A DNA stretch of 63,068 nt, filler included. It is 6 parts of 6 records of this genome, joined end to end, with 100 filler letters (N's around TTAATTAATTAA, not from the genome) between each part and the next. Parts side by side here need not be neighbours in the genome. Positions count along the whole stretch, not along the records: positions 35,341 to 50,846 come from SRR31156797_16277; 5 more parts are not named here. One strand, written 5' to 3'. Within the stretch, counting starts at the first letter, position 1, and each line of letters opens with the position of its first letter. This document shows positions 37,050 to 45,372 of this stretch, in pieces. The notes beneath the pieces were generated by a model. That model was not told the DNA's origin. It saw only the letters and a program-made list of their open reading frames with translations, and did no database searches. A program made the translations under genes and the position numbers.

Positions 37050-37910
37050 TTATACGGGGAGTCCTTTTGAGCGGCGATCCTCTTTCATCTTTTCAAGGAG
37101 TTCCGTGGGGACGTGAAGGCCTCCTTTTCCTTTGCCGAGTCTGATTTTTGGTTTGACTGAACCATGAAAATCCGAGCCTCCGCTGATGAGCAGGCCGAGG
37201 CGTTCGGCCATTTCTTTATATGCTTTTACTTCGGCGTCGCTGTGTTCTGTATAATAGACTTCTATGCCGTCCAGACCGAATTCCATGAGATCTTTAACTA
37301 CTTTTTCTGTGTCCTTAAGGTTGAGACCAAGGGCAAAGGGATGGGCGAGAATGGACGTTGCACCAATTTTATTGAGAATGGGAAATGCCTGCGCAGGCGT
37401 GAGCTTGCGTTTGGGAATATACGCCCGTCCATTGTCACCGAGCCAGACCTTGAATGCTTCGTCAACGGATGAAACCACGCCGAGTGCCATGAGTTCCTGC
37501 GCGAAGTGAGGGCGACCAATGGTCCCCTTGGCGCGGGCGGCAACATTTTCATAGGTGATGCTTATGCCCAAAGACCGGAGTTTTTCGACTATTTCGCGGT
37601 TGCGATTCTTGCGGCCTTCCTGCACCCAGTCAAAGGCTTCCTGAAGTTCTGTAGCACTTTCAGGCAACCACAGAGCAACCACATGAATCCAGCCAGCGCC
37701 TTCTGGGGACTCAAGGCTTAATTCAGCACCCGGAATAACTTCGATGCCGTATTTTTTGCCTGCGGCCAAAGCTTCTTGAACGCCTTGAAAGGTGTCATGA
37801 TCAGTGATGGCAATGGCATCAAGACCGGACTCCTTGGCCAATTTGATCAATTCGGTAGGGGACAAAGTGCCGTCCGAAGCCGTGGAATGGGAGTGTAAAT
37901 CTATGCTCAT
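37050..37910 (-). CDS. PHP domain phosphoesterase (TrpH/YciV-like)
   Basis: DLHSHS, ITDHD, GRPH, LAHP and GGSDFHG motifs. Confidence 0.93.
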   Translation of the reverse strand: MSIDLHSHSTASDGTLSPTELIKLAKESGLDAIAITDHDTFQGVQEALAAGKKYGIEVIPGAELSLESPEGAGWIHVVALWLPESATELQEAFDWVQEGRKNRNREIVEKLRSLGISITYENVAARAKGTIGRPHFAQELMALGVVSSVDEAFKVWLGDNGRAYIPKRKLTPAQAFPILNKIGATSILAHPFALGLNLKDTEKVVKDLMEFGLDGIEVYYTEHSDAEVKAYKEMAERLGLLISGGSDFHGSVKPKIRLGKGKGGLHVPTELLEKMKEDRRSKGLPV

Positions 37911-38056
37911 GATTTTGGGTGTGGTTTATGGTTTAAGGGACAGTCTGTAACTGAACGCCGTAGTGTATCGTTTCCATGGTGTCTGGTAAAGTGAACAAAG
38001 GCAGTTGCCAGTGAGCGGTACGGCGGGTAGTGTCCTGACAGTACAAGGAGGAATTG

Positions 38057-38245
38057 ATGTCTTTGAATAAAGAACTTTTGGATATACTGGCTTGCCCTCA
38101 ATGTAAGGGAGAGCTTGAATTGAAGCCCGGTGAAGATGGACTGGCCTGCGTCAAGTGCAAGATTGTGTATCCTGTGCAGGACGATATTCCGATTATGTTG
38201 GTCGATGAGGCCATTCCTGAAAAGGAGTGGACTGGTTCTAAATAA
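38057..38245 (+). CDS. Trm112/YcaR family protein
   Basis: AGGAGG RBS; LLDILACPQCKGEL...YPVQDDIPIMLVDEA. Confidence 0.92.
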   Translation: MSLNKELLDILACPQCKGELELKPGEDGLACVKCKIVYPVQDDIPIMLVDEAIPEKEWTGSK

Positions 38246-38270
38246 GAAAATGTAATCACTGTGATTATTG

Positions 38271-38311
38271 TTGCTCCGTGTCCTTGGAAAAAGGTGCGGA
38301 GCAAATTTTTT
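38271..38311 (+). terminator. Terminator after the Trm112-like gene
   Basis: TTGCTCCG/CGGAGCAA stem followed by ATTTTTT. Confidence 0.6.
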
Positions 38312-38322
38312 CCACAAGTGGA

Positions 38323-38351
38323 CTTGACGACAAAAAAAACGTGCCTACTTT
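38323..38351 (+). promoter_or_regulatory. Promoter of the hsp20 operon (RpoH-like or sigma-70-like)
   Basis: CTTG-N17-CCTACTT, also readable as TTGACG-N16-TACTTT, about 33 nt before the ATG at 38384. Confidence 0.55.
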
Positions 38352-38383
38352 TTTGTGGAACGCAAGAAAAGGAGGTACCTTTC

Positions 38384-38797
38384 ATGGTTATTGATTTTAA
38401 TACTCTCTATAATTTCCCGTCCCGGTTCGACCGGGTTTTTGAAGAGTTTTTGCGGTCACCCATGGGCGATGATCGCCGTCTGGCTTATCCTCCGCTCAAT
38501 CTGAGCAATGATCAGGAAAATATTTATGTGCGGGCAGAAGTCCCTGGCGTATCCATCGACGATGTTGAATTGACGTTGACTGACAAAACTTTGGTCATCA
38601 AGGGTGAGCGCAAAGCTCCACAAGGAAAATACTTTCGACAGGAACGTCCAAGTGGTGTTTTCCACAGAGTTGTCAACATCTCAGTCCCCGTGGATAGAGA
38701 TGCAGTCACAGCGTCTATGAAGGATGGTGTTTTGACTGTGTCTTTGCCTAAGTCCGAGGAAGTAAAACCGAAGAACATCAGCATCAGCGTGGAGTAA
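38384..38797 (+). CDS. Hsp20/alpha-crystallin small heat shock protein
   Basis: AAGGAGG RBS; AEVPGV, IKGERK, ERPSGVFHR, ASMKDGVLTVSLPK. Confidence 0.95.
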   Translation: MVIDFNTLYNFPSRFDRVFEEFLRSPMGDDRRLAYPPLNLSNDQENIYVRAEVPGVSIDDVELTLTDKTLVIKGERKAPQGKYFRQERPSGVFHRVVNISVPVDRDAVTASMKDGVLTVSLPKSEEVKPKNISISVE

Positions 38798-38805
38798 GGG
38801 AGGGC

Positions 38806-39177
38806 ATGGCTATGAGCAATATTATGAAGAAAGAAGATAAGAGCATGGCTCGCTATCGTCCGGCCACGGATATTCTGGAATGCGAGGATGGATTTTATAT
38901 TTATATGGATATGCCCGGTGTCCGACGCGAGGACATGACTATTGATCTGCAAGAAGGTGAGTTGACAGTCACGGGCAGGACCAGTCTGGTCCGGCATCCC
39001 AATGAGCAGTATGTGGAGATGCAATTCGGCGATTGTGAATACGTTCGTTCCGTTTCCATTACCGATATTGTTGATCGAGAACGGATTAAAGCCAACCTTG
39101 ACGGCGGCGTGCTTGAGTTGCATCTGCCCAAGGTGGAGAAGATCCAGCCTAAGAGGATTTCCATCTCTCAAGGGTAA
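38806..39177 (+). CDS. Hsp20/alpha-crystallin small heat shock protein
   Basis: PATDILE, DMPGV, IKANLDGGVLELHLPK; GGAGG RBS. Confidence 0.95.
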   Translation: MAMSNIMKKEDKSMARYRPATDILECEDGFYIYMDMPGVRREDMTIDLQEGELTVTGRTSLVRHPNEQYVEMQFGDCEYVRSVSITDIVDRERIKANLDGGVLELHLPKVEKIQPKRISISQG

Positions 39178-39200
39178 TTCTTTTTGATACCATTGCCTGC

Positions 39201-39239
39201 GAGAAGCCCCCCGGTGACACTGTCTCTGGGGGGCTTCTC
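39201..39239. terminator. Stem-loop between convergent genes (likely bidirectional terminator)
   Basis: GAGAAGCCCCCC/GGGGGGCTTCTC 12-bp stem. Confidence 0.7.
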
Positions 39240-39259
39240 TGATATGTTTCTACTTTGCG

Positions 39260-39925
39260 TTAGATGGCCCAGGTTTCTATATCGATGAGGCCGAGCCGGG
39301 CCGCGTAACGAACAAGTTCCACCGTACTCTTCAGGCCAAGCTTTTTCATCAGGTTGGTGCGGTGATTTTCAACGGTTTTAGGACTGATGAAGAGCTTTTC
39401 CGCCACACCTTTAGCAGTCAGTCCTTCCGCCAACATGCGCATGACTTCCTGTTCTCGGGGGGTCAGGGTGGAGTATGGATCGCTGCTGCCGCCGGGGCTG
39501 TCTGGCTTTGATTGCAAAAGTTTGAATACCACTTCTTGAGACAGTGCGTTGTCCAGAAAAAGCTCTCCTGCGGCGACGGTATCCAGTCCTTTGATGAGTT
39601 GGGACGAAGCAGATTCCTTGATCATGTATCCAGTAGCTCCGGCCCGGAAAGCTTCCACTATATAGTCGGCCTCGGAGTGCATGGAGATGATGATGAACTG
39701 TGTGTCCGGCAAAGAGGATTTGAGTTCCCGGATCATCTGGACACCATTCTTTTCAGGCATGGAAATATCCACCAGCATGATGTCCGGCTGACGTTCCTTG
39801 GCGATGGCAATGCCTTCCCTGCCATTCCCGGCTTCAGCACAAACCGTGTACTTATTGTCCCGGTTGACGATGGTTTTGAGACCTTCCCTGAACAGGGGGT
39901 GGTCATCAACAATCATGATATTCAT
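39260..39925 (-). CDS. NarL/LuxR family response regulator
   Basis: VDDHPLFREG, DISMP, LTPREQEV and LFISPKTVENHRTNLMKKL. Confidence 0.96.
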   Translation of the reverse strand: MNIMIVDDHPLFREGLKTIVNRDNKYTVCAEAGNGREGIAIAKERQPDIMLVDISMPEKNGVQMIRELKSSLPDTQFIIISMHSEADYIVEAFRAGATGYMIKESASSQLIKGLDTVAAGELFLDNALSQEVVFKLLQSKPDSPGGSSDPYSTLTPREQEVMRMLAEGLTAKGVAEKLFISPKTVENHRTNLMKKLGLKSTVELVRYAARLGLIDIETWAI

Positions 39926-39926
39926 A

Positions 39927-42365
39927 TTATGTGTGTCTCCTGGAATGGTGTGTAGGCAGTCGGAAGATTATGCGGGTTCCTGTTCCGACCAGTGATTGGA
40001 TTTCCATGGAGCCGCCGATCAGGCGCGCCCGTTCCTCCATGCTACGCAATCCCATGCGTTTTTCAGTCAAGGCTTTTGCCTGGCGTTCCCGAACTTTGAA
40101 TCCCTGCCCATTGTCTTCAATGCGAATAAAGATGTCAGGGTGGCTTCTTACGAGGCGGATAGTAGCCTTATCCGCGTAAGCGTGGCGTATAATGTTCCTG
40201 ACTGCTTCCTGAATCATTCGATAAATGTTGATTTCACTGTCGAAATCCATACTGAAGTCTTCGACACCTGTGGCGACGAAGTCCACTGCAAAACCGTGCT
40301 TATTACCTGCTTCGAGACAAAGGTTTTGCAAAGATTTTACCAGACCGAGCTGGTCCAGTGCAGGTGGTCGTAGTCCATATGCGATATCCCGTACCGAGGC
40401 GACGACTTCTTTGAGAATGTCTGTCACGGATTCGCCCCGTTTGCGAAGTTTTTCGTCCACACATGAGTGGTCGTCAAACAACGTTTCCATTTTTAACATA
40501 ATGGAAGAAATATTTTGAGCGACGTTGTCGTGAAGATCCCGGGCAATGCGCTGCCGTTCGTCTTCTTGGATGCGAATGAGTTCTTGGGTCAAAGCAACAA
40601 TGCGTTGTTGTGCTTTGCCTTGTTCTTCAGCCTGTGCCTTGAGTTGAATATTGGCTTCGGAAAGTTCTGCGGTCCTTTTTGAAATGCGGTCTTCCATTTG
40701 GGCATGGGTGGATAACAGCTCTCGTTCCAGTGTTTTGTAGTGTGTGATATCTGTGAGAATTTCCAGTTGAGCCTCTTGGCCTTCCCACATAATGGGTTTG
40801 ACCGAGATCGTGAGCCATTTGATATCGCCATGATGTGTTATGACCCTGAATGTGGCAAATCCTTCGTTTTCTTTGCCCGCATACATGCTTCTGAATTGCT
40901 CATTGATGAAGGCTTTGTCTTCTGGGTGAACCATTTCAAGGGGATGAATTTGTTCAAGTTCTTCGGTTGAGAGACCAAATATTTCACTCATGCTTTCATT
41001 AATATATTTGATTTCTCGATTTTGAATGACGACGACACCTTCCTGAGAATTTTCCGCCAGTACACGGTATCGTTCTTCGGAATCCATAAGAGCCTGCTCT
41101 GCTCGCTTCCGTGGGGTGACGTCCAGCAATGACACGATGACGCGAGCCAGAGAATCTTTGTACTCAGGGGGAACAAAGAAGTGGACTACCACCCAAATTG
41201 TTTCCCCTTCAAGCGTACGGTTAGTAATCTCTCCGCAGTATTCACACCCGCCGGAGGCGAGAAGAATCATTTCTTCTGTGAAAGCGGCCATGGAGCTTTC
41301 TGTCAGGACTTTTTCCAAGTTGCCGAACAGGTCTTCTTTGGATTTTGCAGCTAACAGATCCAACGTGGCCTTGTTCACATCCACGACGGTCACCAGCGTG
41401 GCGCATTTGGCTAAGGCGTCCGGGTTGTCGTAGAAATATTGTCGAAAGTCGGTGATTCCGTCTTTTTTGAGAGCGTCGAAATATGTTTTAAGGCGGGAAA
41501 GGTCTTCTTCCCAGAGAGAGATGGGAGAGTCCTCAAAGAGTGTGCGATATCGGAATTCTCGCTCAAACAACGCGGCTTCAGTCTGTTTGCGAAGGGTAAT
41601 ATCGCGGGAAACACCTTGGTATCCTCCGGGTTTGCCGTTCTCGGTAAAGAGTCGTCTGACGGCGGTTTCAACCCAGATAGTTCCGCCCTTGCCGTGATAA
41701 TGTTCCATTTCCAGCCGATTAATGTGATCGAAGTCGCCTTGTGCTTCGGCTGTGGCGCGGTCTTGTTCGGCTTTTTTGAGGCTTTTATGAGATTCGGGTA
41801 GTGTGATTTGGAGCAGGGATAACCCTTTAAGTTCTTCGAGAGCATAGCCCCAAACATCTTGAACGGATGGAGTGGCATACGTGAAGTTGTATGCATCATC
41901 CATTGTCCAAATGACATCGGTGATATTTTCGGCGAGTAGACGGAATTTGTCTTCACTGACTTTGAGAGCTTTGGCGGTTTGGCTGCAGGCCAGATTGTCC
42001 TGCATAATGGAAATGACATTGGTCAGGTTGCCGGATGCGTCGAGTACAGGATCAAATCGTCCCCAGACCAGAATGACTTCATTGTTTGCTTGACGGATGA
42101 AGTATTCGCCTTCCCAGCTTTGTCCGGCATTGAGTGCTGGTCGGATATGCGTTGCATACAACGCTCGGGTTTCTTCCGGAAGCGCGTTTTCCTGAGGCAG
42201 GGAAAACATTTCGGGGATCGTATATCCAAAAAAAACGGCAAAAGCCTTGTTCACGAAGATCGGTTTCAGATCTGCGGTCCGAATAGCCATGGCCACTCCC
42301 GAAGCTTCGAGAACATGCTCGAATAATTGAGGGCTTGGCTTAAGAAATTCGTGATTCCGATTCAT
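39927..42365 (-). CDS. Cytoplasmic multi-PAS sensor histidine kinase (HisKA_3 type)
   Basis: Four PAS/PAC-like repeats; QEDERQRIARDLHD, QEAVRN, EDNGQGF, GLRSMEERA. Confidence 0.94.
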   Translation of the reverse strand: MNRNHEFLKPSPQLFEHVLEASGVAMAIRTADLKPIFVNKAFAVFFGYTIPEMFSLPQENALPEETRALYATHIRPALNAGQSWEGEYFIRQANNEVILVWGRFDPVLDASGNLTNVISIMQDNLACSQTAKALKVSEDKFRLLAENITDVIWTMDDAYNFTYATPSVQDVWGYALEELKGLSLLQITLPESHKSLKKAEQDRATAEAQGDFDHINRLEMEHYHGKGGTIWVETAVRRLFTENGKPGGYQGVSRDITLRKQTEAALFEREFRYRTLFEDSPISLWEEDLSRLKTYFDALKKDGITDFRQYFYDNPDALAKCATLVTVVDVNKATLDLLAAKSKEDLFGNLEKVLTESSMAAFTEEMILLASGGCEYCGEITNRTLEGETIWVVVHFFVPPEYKDSLARVIVSLLDVTPRKRAEQALMDSEERYRVLAENSQEGVVVIQNREIKYINESMSEIFGLSTEELEQIHPLEMVHPEDKAFINEQFRSMYAGKENEGFATFRVITHHGDIKWLTISVKPIMWEGQEAQLEILTDITHYKTLERELLSTHAQMEDRISKRTAELSEANIQLKAQAEEQGKAQQRIVALTQELIRIQEDERQRIARDLHDNVAQNISSIMLKMETLFDDHSCVDEKLRKRGESVTDILKEVVASVRDIAYGLRPPALDQLGLVKSLQNLCLEAGNKHGFAVDFVATGVEDFSMDFDSEINIYRMIQEAVRNIIRHAYADKATIRLVRSHPDIFIRIEDNGQGFKVRERQAKALTEKRMGLRSMEERARLIGGSMEIQSLVGTGTRIIFRLPTHHSRRHT

Positions 42366-42495
42366 GTCTGGCGTATTTTAGTATGGCTGTAAGTCTGATT
42401 TTATAGAGACGGTTCGCAGGAAATCGTCATTCTATCAACCATAGCGTATTCGCATGACAAATGGAAGGTGAGAGATATCCCCTTATGGGTAAAAT

Positions 42496-43953
42496 CTATT
42501 TTTTCAGGTTGTGAATCCAAGAGGCCGCAAGCGAGGCGTGGTCGTCGGCGACCTGTTCTACCCAGGCGGATTGTTCTCCTTCCGCATCAAGCACGTCCTG
42601 GCTTGCCTTGAGCGGGGCGACAATGATTGAAAATGGACGCTTGTCCTTGTCGCGGAAGGCTTCAAGAGTGCGGATCAGTGATGCCCATTTTGCGGTGTTT
42701 CTGCCTGTAATCAGCCACAAGACAGGGATTTTCAATTCAGCAAGGGTTTTGTGATTTGGGATATCATTGGTCTTGACGGAATCTGTAAGAACACAAACCA
42801 AAAAAGCGGGCTTGCTTTGACTTGCGGTCATGATTGCGGCGGGCGCCCCCAGACCATTGCCCCATATTCCGACATGGTTTGCATCGATTTCCTTACGATT
42901 GGCAAAGTAATCCAGCGCGGCAGCTGTATCCTGTACCAGATCTTCCGTGGTGCCAGGAGTCGGCTCTTCATTCATGCAACCGCGAGAGATAAAGTGCAGG
43001 GTGGCAAGATCATGCATGGACAAAGTACGGGTAAAGCCTTGCACCAGCCCCGGATTGACGCAGCCAGGGCCATGGATGACGATGACCCCTTCATGGCCTT
43101 CGCCATAGGGTGGTCTGGATATCCCCGCTTCAATTTTCTCGGCTGGACCGGGAATTGTGACTTCTTCTTCCCGGACATGAACCTTGCGTGGATAATGAGC
43201 GATGCGGTCATCGTCGGTCATGAGAATGAATCGTTCGATACGGTCGTTCTTGGCCAAAAAGGTGACTGAACCTGTGACCGGTTCGTCTGCGTAGACTGAC
43301 GGTCCGATGGTGTACACATATTTACCGAAGGATTGCTTAAGGCGTCGCAGGGTCTTGTTTTTTGAGTCGTAGATCAGGAATCGCCCGTATTTGGTGTTGC
43401 GAGCGTCGATGATGGAAACGACCCGATCGTCCTTGGTGCGGAACTGGCCTGAAAATTCTTTAGTTGAATAGGAAAAATAGTCTCCCATCATGGCGCGGCC
43501 AAAACGCGCTTCGTGTCCACGGTGGACAGTAAAATCTTTGCGAATGACAATTTTTTTCGGTTTGCCGTCTTCTTCAAGCTCCTCTTCCGGTGGAAGTGTC
43601 TTGTTGGGACTGATTTCGATCACATCGGGTTCCGGCTCAGGTTCCGGCTCGGGAGCGAGCTCCGGTTCTGGCGGTGGCGGGAGTTCGTTTGCAAGAACCA
43701 CGGTCTTGTCCATGGGCAGAGGAGCTGCCATGGCTGGTTCTTCAGGGGCGGGCATTTCCGCCATGGGGTCTGGAGCGGGAATCTTCTGCGGCTCCGGCAT
43801 GGGCATGATCGGTTGCGGTTCTTCTACCTCGGTCAGATCCACTTGCATAATATCCTCGGGTAGCAACGGTTCAAGGTCGACCGATTGCAGCAATGCCACC
43901 ACCAGAATGGCATGAAAGAGGATAGAGAGGAACCAACTCAGAGCGTGTCGCAT
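42496..43953 (-). CDS. TonB/TolA-like membrane anchor and Pro/Glu linker fused to a degenerate alpha/beta hydrolase fold
   Basis: TM helix with SILFH (SxxxH); EPEPEP linker; REEEVTI...VIVIHGPG...DTAAALDYF...IDANHVGIWGNGLG...IPVLW; lies 6 nt after tolR. Confidence 0.75.
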   Translation of the reverse strand: MRHALSWFLSILFHAILVVALLQSVDLEPLLPEDIMQVDLTEVEEPQPIMPMPEPQKIPAPDPMAEMPAPEEPAMAAPLPMDKTVVLANELPPPPEPELAPEPEPEPEPDVIEISPNKTLPPEEELEEDGKPKKIVIRKDFTVHRGHEARFGRAMMGDYFSYSTKEFSGQFRTKDDRVVSIIDARNTKYGRFLIYDSKNKTLRRLKQSFGKYVYTIGPSVYADEPVTGSVTFLAKNDRIERFILMTDDDRIAHYPRKVHVREEEVTIPGPAEKIEAGISRPPYGEGHEGVIVIHGPGCVNPGLVQGFTRTLSMHDLATLHFISRGCMNEEPTPGTTEDLVQDTAAALDYFANRKEIDANHVGIWGNGLGAPAAIMTASQSKPAFLVCVLTDSVKTNDIPNHKTLAELKIPVLWLITGRNTAKWASLIRTLEAFRDKDKRPFSIIVAPLKASQDVLDAEGEQSAWVEQVADDHASLAASWIHNLKK

Positions 43954-43959
43954 AGAAGT

Positions 43960-44382
43960 TTACTTTTTATCTTTTTTTAGATTTGTGGACTTTTCCGCCA
44001 CAATGCCCAGCCGGTCAATGCCGGCACCTTTGATTTCGCCCATGATCATGACCACGGTGCCATAAGCCACTTCCTTGTCGGCACGAAGGAACAGTTGCTT
44101 TTTCTGTTTCGCGACCAGTCGTTTCAGATGATCTTGCAATTCATCCAGAGCCACCTGATATTCGTCAAGAAATAAGGTGCCGTCTTTTTTCACCGACAAG
44201 ACCAGATGTTCGGAATCCTGTGGCAGATTTTTGACCGTTTTGGTCACAGGAAGATCCACTTCGACTCCTTGAGTCATGAGCGGGGCCGTGACCATAAAAA
44301 TGATCAGCAACACCAGCATCACATCCACAAAGGGCGTGACATTGATTTCGTTGAGGAAGCCTCCGCCGGTCTTGATTGCCAT
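43960..44382 (-). CDS. tolR: TolR/ExbD family protein
   Basis: EINVTPFVDVMLVLLIIFMVTAP, LFLRADKEVAYG. Confidence 0.93.
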   Translation of the reverse strand: MAIKTGGGFLNEINVTPFVDVMLVLLIIFMVTAPLMTQGVEVDLPVTKTVKNLPQDSEHLVLSVKKDGTLFLDEYQVALDELQDHLKRLVAKQKKQLFLRADKEVAYGTVVMIMGEIKGAGIDRLGIVAEKSTNLKKDKK

Positions 44383-44391
44383 GGGCTGCTC

Positions 44392-45096
44392 CTATCTCTT
44401 TTCCATTTTGGAGGCCCACGTTATTTCACGTTCAGCCCGATTCAGAAAGGCTCCCGCGAAATCGATCATGCCGGTTTCAACTTCACCGAGTTTGCCGAGG
44501 AAGTAATTATAGAAAATGGTGGCCGGGATAGCGACCAGAAGCCCGATGGCTGTGGCAATAAGCGCTTCAGAAATACCGGGAGCCACGGTTGCCAGAGCAG
44601 CTGACTGGGCCAGCCCGATAGAGTGAAAAGAATGCATTATGCCCCAAACCGTACCGAACAGGCCGATGAATGGCGCTGCGTTGGCACAGGTGGCGAGGAA
44701 GGGGAGGTTGCGTGTTAATACACGCATTTCCTTGGTTATACCTTGTTTGAGTACACGACGCAGAGTGTCTTTGACGAGCAGGCGTTTTCGCTCCCGGTTG
44801 ACCTCCGCTTTTTCCAGTAGCCGGAATTCCTGCACCGCCAAGGTCGAGACACGGGCCAGAGGAGAATGGTCTTTATCTCCTAAACTTTTGAGGCCGCTGG
44901 TCAAGTCTTGAGCCTCCATGAAGGCGTCATATCCCTGCATGACTTTTTTTCGAGCTGAGCCAATGGTGAAGAATTTGAAAAAAATGATGGTCCAGCTCCA
45001 CACTGACATCAGGGCGAGAAAAATCATAACCATTTTTACGGCCAGAGTTGCTCCTGTCAGGAGAGTCAGCATGTCGCTTTCAGGTAAAAAATTCAT
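44392..45096 (-). CDS. tolQ: TolQ/ExbB (MotA family) proton channel protein
   Basis: APFIGLFGTVWGIMHSF, VAPGISEALIATAIGLLVAIPA; start placed at ATG 45096 (AGGT RBS). Confidence 0.93.
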   Translation of the reverse strand: MNFLPESDMLTLLTGATLAVKMVMIFLALMSVWSWTIIFFKFFTIGSARKKVMQGYDAFMEAQDLTSGLKSLGDKDHSPLARVSTLAVQEFRLLEKAEVNRERKRLLVKDTLRRVLKQGITKEMRVLTRNLPFLATCANAAPFIGLFGTVWGIMHSFHSIGLAQSAALATVAPGISEALIATAIGLLVAIPATIFYNYFLGKLGEVETGMIDFAGAFLNRAEREITWASKMEKR

Positions 45097-45372
45097 GGTG
45101 GCACCTATGGAGATTAGTGGTCGATGTTCACTTTTTGTGAACCTTGCTGTGTGTGTAAACCTCGTGACTAGAGAAAGCAAGGGGTAGTTCGACTGGAAGA
45201 ACTGTCTTTTCAGACGGTTGCAATTTGTAGTCGGCACATGCTTTTGACCATATATGATGTGTGAAGCGATGATATTTATTTGAAAAAACTTGTCCAGAAG
45301 ATCTGTTGAGCGTATGAATCATGGGTAAATATTTGATAAAGAGCATGTTGTGTTGGATATGCGGAGGCAAAT

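Noticed and set aside
38261-38383. N-terminal extensions given by the ORF track for hsp20 (38261), tolQ (45237), flgN (54350) and the ORF at 15194
   Set aside because: Downstream ATGs have better RBS or signal-peptide context, and for hsp20 and flgN the extensions overlap predicted promoters.
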